From contig OZ059896.1 of assembly GCA_964057225.1 (NCBI GenBank), positions 3,844,001 through 3,908,000 of the forward strand: 64,000 nucleotides of DNA, in the 5' to 3' direction. The translations under genes and the position numbers were made by a program. Under the pieces are notes generated by a model. That model saw only the letters and a list, made by a program, of their open reading frames with translations. It did not search any database and had not been told where the DNA came from. The DNA comes from Auanema rhodensis (Eukaryota > Animalia > Nematoda). This document shows, in pieces, positions 1 to 13,000 of the stretch. Each line of letters starts with the position of its first letter. The first letter of the stretch is position 1.

Positions 1-104
1 CAATGACTTGATATAACTTTCTTTTGTATCCTGTTCATGGAATGAATAATTATATACTGTAGTATAATTTGTACATCTCTTGATAATTGTTTGTTCTTAT
101 TTGT
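1..104 (-). repeat. Sat-A diverged edge monomer fragment (T-rich orientation), identical to 1837-1940
   Basis: caatgacttgatataactttcttttgtatcc...tgtttgttcttatttgt matches 1837-1940 base for base in direct orientation, including rare diverged positions (aatgaataattatatactgtag). Confidence 0.9.
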
Positions 105-1134
105 TATCCATGAACAGGATACGAAAGAAAGTTATAACAAGTCATTGAAAAATTAAGTATTAAAAACAAAAAAAAAGTATCAAGAAGCATTTTCAGTAAG
201 AAAACATGAAGAAATTTTAACAAATACAAATAACAATGAGAAAATTATCAAGAGATGCATAACGTATTATAGAGTATCAGTAAACATTTAAAATATGAAC
301 AGGTTTCAAAAAAAGTAATATCAATTCATGGGAAAGTATTAAAAGCAGAGAAGAAGTATCAAGAAGGATTTTCAGTAAGAAAACATGAAGAAATTTTAAC
401 AAATACAAAGAAGAATGAGAAAATTATCAAGAGATATATAACGTACTATAGAGTATCAGTAAACATTTTAAATATGAACAGGTTTCAAAAAAAGTTATAA
501 CAAGTCATGGTAAAATCAAGTTTTAAAAGCAAAGAAGAAGTATCAAGAAGGATTTTCAGCAAGAAAACATGAAGAAATTTTAACAAATACAAAGAAGAAT
601 GAGAAAATTATCGAAAGATGTACAAATTATACTAGAGTATCCGTAAACATTTAAAATATGAACAGGTTTCAACAAAAGTAATATCAAGTCATGATAAAAT
701 CAAGTATTAAAAACAAAAAAAAAGTATCAAGAAGCATTTTCAGTAAGAAAACAGGAAGAAATTTTAACAAATACAAAACAGAATGACAAAATTATCGAAA
801 GATGTACAAAGTATACTAGAGTATCAGTAAACATTTAAAATATGAACAGGTTTCAACAAAAGTAAAATCAAGTCATGATAAAATCAAGTATTAAAAACAA
901 AAAAAAAGTATCAAGAAGCATTTTCAGTAAGAAAACAGGAAGAAATTTTAACAAATACAAAAAAGAATGAGAAAATTATCAAGAGATGTACAAAATATAC
1001 TAGAGTAAAATATTATTTATTCCATGAACATGATACGAAAGAAAGTTATAACAAGTCATGGTAAAATCAAGTATTAAAAACAAAAAAAAGTATCAAGAAG
1101 CATATTCAGTAGGAAAACATGAAGAAATTTTAAC
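105..1134 (+). repeat. Sat-A satellite block, A-rich orientation, ~5.6 monomers of 179-184 bp
   Basis: Recurring aagtatcaagaag(g/c)attttcagtaagaaaacatgaagaaattttaacaaatac motif at ~180-bp spacing; ends abruptly at ...gaaattttaac. Confidence 0.95.
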
Positions 1135-1207
1135 TTTGTTCGCAAATAAACAGTTGTTTATGTTATTCTTATCGTTTATATAAAATTTAAATATACATTT
1201 CTAGAAT

Positions 1208-1333
1208 TGAGCGGCAAAATTAAGCGCCAATATGCTTGGTGGCGATTACAATGGGTTTTTGCGCGGTGACCTCTACAGCACTAGTATAGAACGGAGATGC
1301 TAGGGTTACTATTCAACACACAGCTTGATCAGC
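1208..1333 (+). promoter_or_regulatory. Putative histone H4 promoter and 5' leader, copy 1 (TATA-like TATAGAA at 1285-1291)
   Basis: Locally GC-richer segment with a CCAAT (gcgccaat) and a TATA-like element 49 nt upstream of the H4-like ATG; copy 2 has TATATAA at the same position. Activity is inferred, not shown. Confidence 0.5.
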
Positions 1334-1378
1334 ATGTCTGAACGTGGTAAAGGAGGAAAAGGTCTTGAACTTATATGA
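1334..1378 (+). pseudogene. H4: Truncated histone H4 5' fragment, copy 1 (MSERGKGGKGLELI*)
   Basis: atg tct gaa cgt ggt aaa gga gga aaa ggt ctt gaa matches the H4 N-terminus MSGRGKGGKGLG at 10/12 residues; both differences are GGA>GAA. GKGL distinguishes H4 from H2A. Homology is lost after codon 11-12 and a TGA follows at codon 15. Confidence 0.85.
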
Positions 1379-1702
1379 TTGAATAATAAAATAGTGATTG
1401 ACTTATCTGTGCTATGTGCTTGTTGTTGATTAGAAGTTGAAGTAATGATGCTGACTACAACCGCTCTTTCTTTTTTTTAAAATGATATGATTGTTTAGAT
1501 TTTCATTGCTTGCTTATGCTATTTTGAAAATTTGAATATTCTTAGTGTTGTATTTTTTTAAATTTTTATTTTTTCTCTTTTTTTTTCATATTTATACTTA
1601 TATATATAAATATAATGTATATATTGAGAGATTTAGCTAACTAGTTAATATATTAGCATTTGTACAGTTCGGCTTTCATTGACGTTAGGAATGTGGGCGT
1701 GG

Positions 1703-2369
1703 TTTATTTACTCTAGTATACTCTATACATCTCCTGATAATTGTTTGATCTTATTTATATTTCTTGAAAATTCTTCACATTTTCTTATTGAAAGTGCTTC
1801 TTGATATTTCTTATTTGCTTTTATTATTTGATTTTACAATGACTTGATATAACTTTCTTTTGTATCCTGTTCATGGAATGAATAATTATATACTGTAGTA
1901 TAATTTGTACATCTCTTGATAATTGTTTGTTCTTATTTGTATTTGTAGAAATTTTCCAACACAAAATGCTTCTTAACACTTTTTCTTTGTTTTTAATACT
2001 TGATTTTACCATGACATGATATAACTTTCTTTCGTATCCTGCTCATGGAATAAATAATAGTTTACTCTAGTATACTCTGTACATCTCCTGAAAATTTTCT
2101 CATTCTACTTTGTATTCTTTAAAAATTCTTCATGTTTTCTTACTGAAAATACTTCTTGATACTTCTTCTTTGCTTTTAAAACTTGATTTTATCATGACTT
2201 GTTATAACTTTTTTTGAAACCTGTTTATATTTAAAATGTTTACTGATACTCTATAGTACGTTATATATCTCTTGATAATTTTCTCATTCTTCTTGGTATT
2301 TGTTAAAATTTTTTTATGTTTTCCTACTGAAGATGCTTCTTGATACTTTTTTTTGTTTTTAATACTTGA
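1703..2369 (-). repeat. Sat-A block, T-rich orientation, ~3.6 monomers; most diverged next to the cassette
   Basis: tactctagtatac...catctc..gataatt...cttcttgatac motifs; degenerate variants at 1703-2000 grade into consensus-like monomers. Confidence 0.9.
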
Positions 2370-4043
2370 AGCATTTTCAGTAAGAAAACATGAAGAAATT
2401 TTAACAAATACAAAGAAGAATGAGAAAATTATCAAGAGATGTACAAAGTATACTAGAGTAAACTATTATTTTATCCATGAACAGGATACGAAAGAAAGTT
2501 ATATCAAGTCATTGAAAAATCAAGTATTAAAAACAAAGAAAAAGTATCAAGAAGCATTTTCAGTAAGAAAACATGAAGAAATTTTAAAGAATACAATTAA
2601 GAATGAGAAAATTATCAAGAGATGTACAAAGTATACTAGAGTAAATAATTATTTTATCCATGAACAAGATACGAAAGAAAGTAATATCAAGTCATGATAA
2701 AATCAAGTATTAAAAACAAAGAAGAAGTATTAAGAAGGATTTTCAATAAGAAAACATGAAGAAATTTTAACAAATACAAATAAGAATGAGAAAATTATCA
2801 AGAGATGTATAACATATTATAGAGTATCAGTAAACATTTAAAATATGAACAGGTTTCAAAAAAAGTAATATCAATTCATGGGTAAGTATTAAAAGCAGAG
2901 AAGAAGTATCAAGAAGGATTTTCAGTAAGAAAACATGAAGAAATTTTAACAAATACAAAGAAGAATGAAAAAATTATCAAGAGATGCATAACGTATTATA
3001 GAGTATCAGTAAACATTTAAAATATGAACAGGTTTCAAAAAAAGTAATATCATTTCATGGGGAAGTATTAAAAGCAAAGAAGAAGTATCAAGAAGGATTT
3101 TCAATAAGAAAACATGAAGAAATTTTAACAAATACAAAGAAGAATGAAAAAATTATCAAGAGATGCATAACGTATTATAGAGTATCAGTAAACATTTAAA
3201 ATATGAACAGATTTCAAAAAAAGTAATATCATTTCATGGGGAAGTATTAAAAACAAAAAAAAGTATCAAGAAGCATTTTCAGTAAGATAACATGAAGAAA
3301 TTTCAACAAATACAAAAAAGAATGAGAAAATTATCGAAAGATGCATAACATATTATAGAGTATCAGTAAACATTTGGAATATGAACAGGTTTCAAAAAAA
3401 GTAATATCAATTCATGGGGAAGTATTAAAAGCAGAGAAGAAGTATCAAGAAGGATTTTCAGTAAGAAAACATGAAGAAATTTTAACAAATACAAAGAAGA
3501 ATGAAAAAATTATCAAGAGATGCATAACGTATTATAGAGTATCAGTAAACATTTAAAATATGAACAGATTTCGAAAAAAGTAATATCATTTCATGGGGAA
3601 GTATTAAAAGCAAAGAAGAAGTATCAAGAAGGATTTTCAATAAGAAAACATGAAGAAATTTTAACAAATACAAAGAAGAATGAAAAAATTATCAAGAGAT
3701 GCATAACGTATTATAGAGTATCAGTAAACATTTAAAATATGAACAGGTTTCAAAAAAAGTAATATCATTTCATGGGGAAGTATTAAAAGCAAAGAAGAAG
3801 TATCAAGAAGGATTTTCAATAAGAAAACATGAAGAAATTTTAACAAATACAAAGAAGAATGAAAAAATTATCAAGAGATGCATAACGTATTATAGAGTAT
3901 CAGTAAACATTTAAAATATGAACAGGTTTCAAAAAAAGTAATATCATTTCATGGGGAAGTATTAAAAGCAAAGAAGAAGTATCAAGAAGGATTTTCAATA
4001 AGAAAACATGAAGAAATTTCAACAAATACAAATAAGAATGAAA
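2368..4043 (+). repeat. Sat-A block, A-rich orientation, ~9 monomers (183-bp type then mostly 179-bp type)
   Basis: Periods measured directly: 183 bp (2431 to 2614) and 179 bp (3542 to 3721). Confidence 0.95.
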
Positions 4044-4046
4044 GAA

Positions 4047-7000
4047 CCTTCTTGATACTTCTTCTTTGCATTTAAAACTTGATTTTACCATGACTTGTTA
4101 TAACTTTTTTTGAAACCTGTTCATATTTAAAATGTTTACTGATACTCTATAGTACGTTATATATCTCTTGATAATTTTCTCATTCTTATTTGTATTTGTT
4201 GAAATTTCTTCATGTTTTCTTATTGAAAATCCTTCTTGTTACTTCTTCTTTGCTTTTAATACTTCCCCATGAAATGATATTACCTTTTTTGAAACCTGTT
4301 CATATTTTAAATGTTTACTGATACTCTATAATATGTTATACATCTCTTGATAATTTTCTCATTCTTATTTGTATTTGTTGAAATTTCTTCATGTTATCTT
4401 ACTGAAAATGCTTCTTGATACTTTTTTTTGTTTTTAATACTTGATTTTACCTTGACTTGATATTACTTTCTTTCGTATCATGTTCATGGAAGAAATAATA
4501 GTTTACTCTAGTATACTTTGTACATCTCTTGATAATTTTCTCATTCTTATTTGTATTTGTTGAAATTTCTTCATGTTTTCTTATTGAAAATCCTTCTTGA
4601 TACTTCTTCTTCGCTTTTAATACTTCCCCATGAAATGATATTACTTTTTTTGAAACCTGTTCATATTTTAAATGTTTACTGATACTCTATTATACGTTAT
4701 GCATCTCTTGATAATTTTTTCATTCTTCTTTGTATTTGTTAAAATTTCTTCATGTTTTCTTACTGAAAATCCTTCTTGATACTTCTTCTCTGCTTTTAAT
4801 ACTTCCCCATGAATTGATATTACTTTTTTTGAAACCTGTTCATATTTCAAATGTTTACTGATACTCTATAATATGTTATGCATCTTTCGATAATTTTCTC
4901 ATTCTTTTTTGTATTTGTTAAAATTTCTTCATGTTTTCTTACTGAAAATCCTTCTTGATACTTCTTCTTTGCTTTTAAAACTTGATTTTACCATGATTTG
5001 TTATAACTTTTTTTGAAACCTGTTCATATTTTAAATGTTTACTGATACTCTATAATACGTTATGCATCTCTTGATAATTTTTTCATTCTTCTTTGTATTT
5101 GTTAAAAATTTCTTCATGTTTTCTTACTGAAAATCCTTCTTGATACTTCTTCTCTGCTTTTAATACTTCCCCATGAATTGATATTACTTTTTTTGAAACC
5201 TGTTCATATTTCAAATGTTTACTGATACTCTATAATATGTTATGCATCTTTCGATAATTTTCTCATTCTTTTTTGTATTTGTTAAAATTTCTTCATGTTT
5301 TCTTACTGAAAATCCTTCTTGATACTTCTTCTTTTCTTTTAAAACTTGATTTTACCATGACTTGTTATAACTTTTTTTGAAACCTGTTCATATTTAAAAT
5401 GTTTACTGATACTCTATAAAACGTTATATATCTCTTGATAATTTTCTCATTCTTATTTGTATTTGTTGAAATATCTTCATGTTTTCTTATTGAAAATCCT
5501 TCTTGATACTTCTTCTTTGCTTTTAAAACTTGATTTTACCATGACTTGTTATAACTTTTTTTGAAACCTGTTTATATTTAAAATGTTTACTGATACTCTA
5601 TAGTACGTTATATATCTCTTGATAATTTTCTCATTCTTATTTGTATTTGTTGAAATTTCTTCATGTTTTCTTATTGAAAATCCTTCTTGATACTTCTTCT
5701 TTGCTTTTAATACTTCCCCATGAAATGATATTACTTTTTTCGAAATCTGTTCATATTTTAAATGTTTACTGATACTCTATAATACGTTATGCATCTCTTG
5801 ATAATTTTTTCATTCTTCTTTGTATTTGTTAAAATTTCTTCATGTTTTCTTACTGAAAATCCTTCTTGATACTTCTTCTTTGCTTTTAAAACTTGATTTT
5901 ACCATGACTTGTTATAACTTTTTTTGAAACCTGTTCATATTTAAAATGTTTACTGATACTCTATAGTACGTTATATATCTCTTGATAATTTTCTCATTCT
6001 TCTGTGTATTTGTTAAAATTTCTTCATGTTTTCCTACTGAAGATGCTTCTTGATACTTTTTTTTGTTTTTAATACTTGATTTTACCATGACTTGTTATAA
6101 CTTTCTTTCGTATCATGTTCATGGAATAAATAATATTTTACTCTAGTATATTTTGTACATCTCTTGATAATTTTCTCATTCTTTTTTGTATTTGTTAAAA
6201 TTTCTTCCTGTTTTCTTACTGAAAATGCTTCTTGATACTTTTTTTTTGTTTTTAATACTTGATTTTATCATGACTTGATTTTACTTTTGTTGAAACCTGT
6301 TCATATTTTAAATGTTTACTGATACTCTAGTATACTTTGTACATCTTTCGATAATTTTGTCATTCTTTTTTGTATTTGTTAAAATTTCTTCATGTTTTCT
6401 TACTGAAAATCCTTCTTGATACTTCTTCTTTGCTTTTAAAACTTGATTTTACCATGACTTGTTATAACTTTTTTTGAAACCTGTTCATATTTAAAATGTT
6501 TACTGATACTCTATAGTACGTTATATATCTCTTGATAATTTTCTCATTCTTATTTGTATTTGTTAAAATTTCTTCATGTTTTCTTACTGAAAATGCTTCT
6601 TGATACTTTTTTTTGTTTTTAAAACTTGATTTTATCATGACTTGATATTACTTTCTTTCGTATCTTGTTCATGTAGTAAATAATTATTTACTCTAGTATA
6701 CTTTGTACATTTCTTGATAATTTTCTCATTCTTCTTTGTATTCTTAAAAATTTCTTCATGTTTTCTTACTGAAAATCCTTCTTGATACTTCTTCTTTGCT
6801 TTTAAAACTCGATTTTCCCATGAATTGATATTACTTTTTTTGAAACCTGTTCATATTTTAAATGTTTACTGATACTCTATTATACGTTATGCATCTCTTG
6901 ATAATTTTTTCATTCTTCTTTGTATTTGTTGAAATTTCTTCATGTTATCTTACTGAAAATGCTTCTTGATACTTTTTTTTGTTTTTAATACTTGATTTTA

Positions 7001-10000
7001 CCTTGACTTGATATTACTTTCTTTCGTATCATGTTCATGGAATAAATAATAGTTTACTCTAGTATACTTTGTACATCTCTTGATAATTTTCTCATTCTTA
7101 TCTGTATTTGTTAAAATTTCTTCATGTTTTCTTACTGAAAATCCTTCTTGATACTTCTTCTTCGCTTTTAATACTTCCCCATGAAATGATATTACCTTTT
7201 TTGAAACCTGTTCATATTTTAAATGTTTACTGATACTCTATAATATGTTATACATCTCTTGATAATTTTCTCATTCTTATTTGTATTTGTTGAAATTTCT
7301 TCATGTTATCTTACTGAAAATGCTTCTTGATACTTTTTTTTGTTTTTAATACTTGATTTTACCTTGACTTGATATTACTTTTTTTCGTATCATGTTCATG
7401 GAATAAATAATAGTTTACTCTAGTATACTTTGTACATCTCTTGATAATTTTCTCATTCTTATTTGTATTTGTTGAAATTTCTTCATGTTTTCTTATTGAA
7501 AATCCTTCTTGATACTTCTTCTTCGCTTTTAATACTTCCCCATGAAATGATATTACTTTTTTTGAAACCTGTTCATATTTTAAATGTTTACTGATACTCT
7601 ATTATACGTTATGCATCTCTTGATAATTTTTTCATTCTTCTTTGTATTTGTTAAAATTTCTTCATGTTTTCTTACTGAAAATCCTTCTTGATACTTCTTT
7701 CTGCTTTTAATACTTCCCCATGAATTGATATTACTTTTTTTGAAACCTGTTCATATTTCAAATGTTTACTGATACTCTATAATATGTTATGCATCTTTCG
7801 ATAATTTTCTCATTCTTTTTTGTATTTGTTAAAATTTCTTCATGTTTTCTTACTGAAAATCCTTCTTGATACTTCTTCTTTTCTTTTAAAACTTGATTTT
7901 ACCATGACTTGTTATAACTTTTTTTGAAACCTGTTCATATTTAAAATGTTTACTGATACTCTATAGTACGTTATATATCTCTTGATAATTTTCTCATTCT
8001 TATTTGTATTTGTTGAAATATCTTCATGTTTTCTTATTGAAAATCCTTCTTGATACTTCTTCTTTGCTTTCAAAACTTGATTTTACCATGATTTGTTATA
8101 ACTTTTTTTGAAACCTGTTCATATTTTAAATGTTTACTGATACTCTATAATACGTTATGCATCTCTTGATAATTTTTTCATTCTTCTTTGTATTTGTTAA
8201 AAATTTCTTCATGTTTTCTTACTGAAAATCCTTCTTGATACTTCTTCTCTGCTTTTAATACTTCCCCATGAATTGATATTACTTTTTTTGAAACCTGTTC
8301 ATATTTCAAATGTTTACTGATACTCTATAATATGTTATGCATCTTTCGATAATTTTCTCATTCTTTTTTGTATTTGTTAAAATTTCTTCATGTTTTCTTA
8401 CTGAAAATCCTTCTTGATACTTCTTCTTTTCTTTTAAAACTTGATTTTACCATGACTTGTTATAACTTTTTTTGAAACCTGTTCATATTTAAAATGTTTA
8501 CTGATACTCTATAGTACGTTATATATCTCTTGATAATTTTCTCATTCTTATTTGTATTTGTTGAAATATCTTCATGTTTTCTTATTGAAAATCCTTCTTG
8601 ATACTTCTTCTTTGCTTTTAAAACTTGATTTTACCATGACTTGTTATAACTTTTTTTGAAACCTGTTTATATTTAAAATGTTTACTGATACTCTATAGTA
8701 CGTTATATATCTCTTGATAATTTTCTCATTCTTATTTGTATTTGTTGAAATTTCTTCATGTTTTCTTATTGAAAATCCTTCTTGATACTTCTTCTTTGCT
8801 TTTAATACTTCCCCATGAAATGATATTACTTTTTTCGAAATCTGTTCATATTTTAAATGTTTACTGATACTCTATAATACGTTATGCATCTCTTGATAAT
8901 TTTTTCATTCTTCTTTGTATTTGTTAAAATTTCTTCATGTTTTCTTACTGAAAATCCTTCTTGATACTTCTTCTCTGCTTTTAATACTTCCCCATGAATT
9001 GATATTACTTTTTTTGAAACCTGTTCATATTCCAAATGTTTACTGATACTCTATAATATGTTATGCATCTTTCGATAATTTTCTCATTCTTTTTTGTATT
9101 TGTTAAAATTTCTTCATGTTTTCTTACTGAAAATCCTTCTTGATACTTCTTCTTTGCTTTTAAAACTTGATTTTACCATGACTTGTTATAACTTTTTTTG
9201 AAACCTGTTCATATTTAAAATGTTTACTGATACTCTATAGTACGTTATATATCTCTTGATAATTTTCTCATTCTTCTGTGTATTTGTTAAAATTTCTTCA
9301 TGTTTTCCTACTGAAGATGCTTCTTGATACTTTTTTTTGTTTTTAATACTTGATTTTACCATGACTTGTTATAACTTTCTTTCGTATCATGTTCATGGAA
9401 TAAATAATATTTTACTCTAGTATATTTTGTACATCTCTTGATAATTTTCTCATTCTTTTTTGTATTTGTTAAAATTTCTTCCTGTTTTCTTACTGAAAAT
9501 GCTTCTTGATACTTTTTTTTTGTTTTTAATACTTGATTTTATCATGACTTGATTTTACTTTTGTTGAAACCTGTTCATATTTTAAATGTTTACTGATACT
9601 CTAGTATACTTTGTACATCTTTCGATAATTTTGTCATTCTGTTTTGTATTTGTTAAAATTTCTTCATGTTTTCTTACTGAAAATGCTTCTTGATACTTTT
9701 TTTTTGTTTTAATACTTGATTTTATCATGACTTGATTTTACTTTTGTTGAAACCTGTTCATATTTTAAATGTTTACTGATACTCTAGTATACTTTGTACA
9801 TCTTTCGCTAATTTTCTCATTCTTCTTTGTATTTGTTAAAATTTCTTCATGTTTTCTTACTGAAAATCCTTCTTGATACTTCTTCTTTGCTTTTAAAACT
9901 TGATTTTACCATGACTTGTTATAACTTTTTTTGAAACCTGTTCATATTTAAAATGTTTACTGATACTCTATAGTACGTTATGCATCTCTTGATAATTTTC

Positions 10001-13000
10001 TCATTCTTCTTTGTATTCTTAAAAATTTCTTCATGTTTTCTTACTGAAAATCCTTCTTGATACTTCTTCTTTGCTTTTAAAACTCGATTTTCCCATGAAT
10101 TGATATTACTTTTTTTGAAACCTGTTCATATTTAAAATGTTTACTGATACTCTATAGTACGTTATATATCTCTTGATAATTTTCTCATTCTTCTGTGTAT
10201 TTGTTAAAATTTCTTCATGTTTTCCTACTGAAGATGCTTCTTGATACTTTTTTTTGTTTTTAATACTTGATTTTACCATGACTTGTTATAACTTTCTTTC
10301 GTATCATGTTCATGGAATAAATAATATTTTACTCTAGTATATTTTGTACATCTCTTGATAATTTTCTCATTCTTTTTTGTATTTGTTAAAATTTCTTCCT
10401 GTTTTCTTACTGAAAATGCTTCTTGATACTTTTTTTTTGTTTTTAATACTTGATTTTATCATGACTTGATTTTACTTTTGTTGAAACCTGTTCATATTTT
10501 AAATGTTTACTGATACTCTAGTATACTTTGTACATCTTTCGATAATTTTGTCATTCTTTTTTGTATTTGTTAAAATTTCTTCATGTTTTCTTACTGAAAA
10601 TCCTTCTTGATACTTCTTCTTTGCTTTTAAAACTTGATTTTACCATGACTTGTTATAACTTTTTTTGAAACCTGTTCATATTTAAAATGTTTACTGATAC
10701 TCTATAGTACGTTATATATCTCTTGATAATTTTCTCATTCTTATTTGTATTTGTTAAAATTTCTTCATGTTTTCTTACTGAAAATGCTTCTTGATACTTT
10801 TTTTTGTTTTTAAAACTTGATTTTATCATGACTTGATATTACTTTCTTTCGTATCTTGTTCATGTAGTAAATAATTATTTACTCTAGTATACTTTGTACA
10901 TTTCTTGATAATTTTCTCATTCTTCTTTGTATTCTTAAAAATTTCTTCATGTTTTCTTACTGAAAATCCTTCTTGATACTTCTTCTTTGCTTTTAAAACT
11001 CGATTTTCCCATGAATTGATATTACTTTTTTTGAAATATGTTCATATTTTAAATGTTTACTGATACTCTATAATACGTTATACATTTCTTGATAATTTTC
11101 TCATTCTTCTTTGTATTTGTTAAAATTTCTTCATGTTTTCTTATTGAAAATCCTTCTTGATACTTCTTCTTTGTTTTTAATACTTGATTTTATCATGACT
11201 TGATATTACTTTCTTTCGTATCTTGTTCATGTAGTAAATAATTATTTACTCTAGTATACTTTGTACATTTCTTGATAATTTTCTCATTCTTATTTGTATT
11301 TGTTAAAATTTCTTCATGTTTTCTTACTGAAAATGCTTCTTGATACTTTTTTTTTGTTTTTAATACTTGATTTTACCATGACTTGTTATAACTTTCTTTC
11401 GTATCCTGTTCATGGAATAAATAATAGTTTACTCTAGTATACTTTGTACATTTCTTGATAATTTTCTCATTCTTATTTGTATTTGTTAAAATTTCTTCAT
11501 GTTTTCTTACTGAAAATCCTTCTTGATACTTCTTCTTTGCTTTTAAAACTTGATTTTACCATGACTTGTTATAACTTTTTTTGAAACCTGTTCATATTTA
11601 AAATGTTTACTGATACTCTATAGTACGTTATATATCTCTTGATAATTTTCTCATTCTTATTTGTATTTGTTAAAATTTCTTCATGTTTTCTTACTGAAAA
11701 TGCTTCTTGATACTTTTTTTTGTTTTTAATACTTGATTTTACCATGACTTGTTATAACTTTCTTTCGTATCCTGTTCATGGAATAAATAATAGTTTACTC
11801 TTGTATACTTTGTACATCTCCTGATAATTTTCTCATTCTTCTTTGTATTCTTGAAAATTTCTTCATGTTTTCTTACTGAAAATCCTTCTTGATACTTCTT
11901 CTTTGCTTTTAAAACTCGATTTTCCCATGAATTGATATTACTTTTTTTGAAACCTGTTCATATTTTAAATGTTTACTGATACTCTATAATACGTTATACA
12001 TTTCTTGATAATTTTCTCATTCTTCTTTGTATTTGTTAAAATTTCTTCATGTTTTCTTATTGAAAATCCTTCTTGATACTTCTTCTTTGCTTTTAATACT
12101 TCCCCATGAAATGATATTACTTTTTTTGAAACCTGTTCATATTTTAAATGTTTACTGATACTCTATAATATGTTATGCATCTTTCGATAATTTTCTCATT
12201 CTTTTTTGTATTTGTTAAAATTTCTTCATGTTTTCTTACTGAAAATCCTTCTTGATACTTCTTCTTTGCTTTTAAAACTTGATTTTACCATGACTTGTTA
12301 TAACTTTTTTTGAAACCTGTTCATATTTAAAATGTTTACTGATACTCTATAATACGTTATGCATCTCTTGATAATTTTTTCATTCTTCTTTGTATTTGTT
12401 AAAATTTCTTCATGTTTTCTTACTGAAAATCCTTCTTGATACTTTTTTTTTGTTTTTAATACTTGATTTTATCATGACTTGATATTACTTTTGTTGAAAC
12501 CTGTTCATATTTTAAATGTTTACTGATACTCTAGTATAATTTGTACATCTTTCGATAATTTTCTCATTCTTCTTTGTATTTGTTAAAATTTCTTCATGTT
12601 TTCTTGCTGAAAATCCTTCTTGATACTTCTTCTTTGCTTTTAAAACTTGATTTTACCATGACTTGTTATAACTTTTTTTGAAACCTGTTCATATTTAAAA
12701 TGTTTACTGATACTCTATAGTACGTTATATATCTCTTGATAATTTTCTCATTCTTCTTTGTATTTGTTAAAATTTCTTCATGTTTTCTTACTGAAAATCC
12801 TTCTTGATACTTCTTCTTTGCTTTTAAAACTTGATTTTACCATGACTTGTTATAACTTTTTTTGAAACCTGTTCATATTTAAAATGTTTACTGATACTCT
12901 ATAATACGTTATGCATCTCTTGATAATTTTTTCATTCTTCTTTGTATTTGTTAAAATTTCTTCATGTTTTCTTACTGAAAATCCTTCTTGATACTTCTTC

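Larger units (their letters stand above)
1135..1845 (+). repeat. Copy 1 of ~711-bp inverted duplication (non-satellite histone H4 remnant cassette plus ~140 bp diverged Sat-A)
   Basis: Reverse complement of 14085-14796; by eye about five substitutions and one homopolymer indel. Confidence 0.95.

Noticed and set aside
1301-1308. Telomere-like TAGGGTTA
   Set aside because: Single occurrence inside the H4 leader, not tandem.
1824-9035. Lys/Glu-rich ORFs of 60-114 aa in Sat-A
   Set aside because: Products of the A-rich strand bias; most monomer lengths (179, 184) are not multiples of three and stops are frequent.
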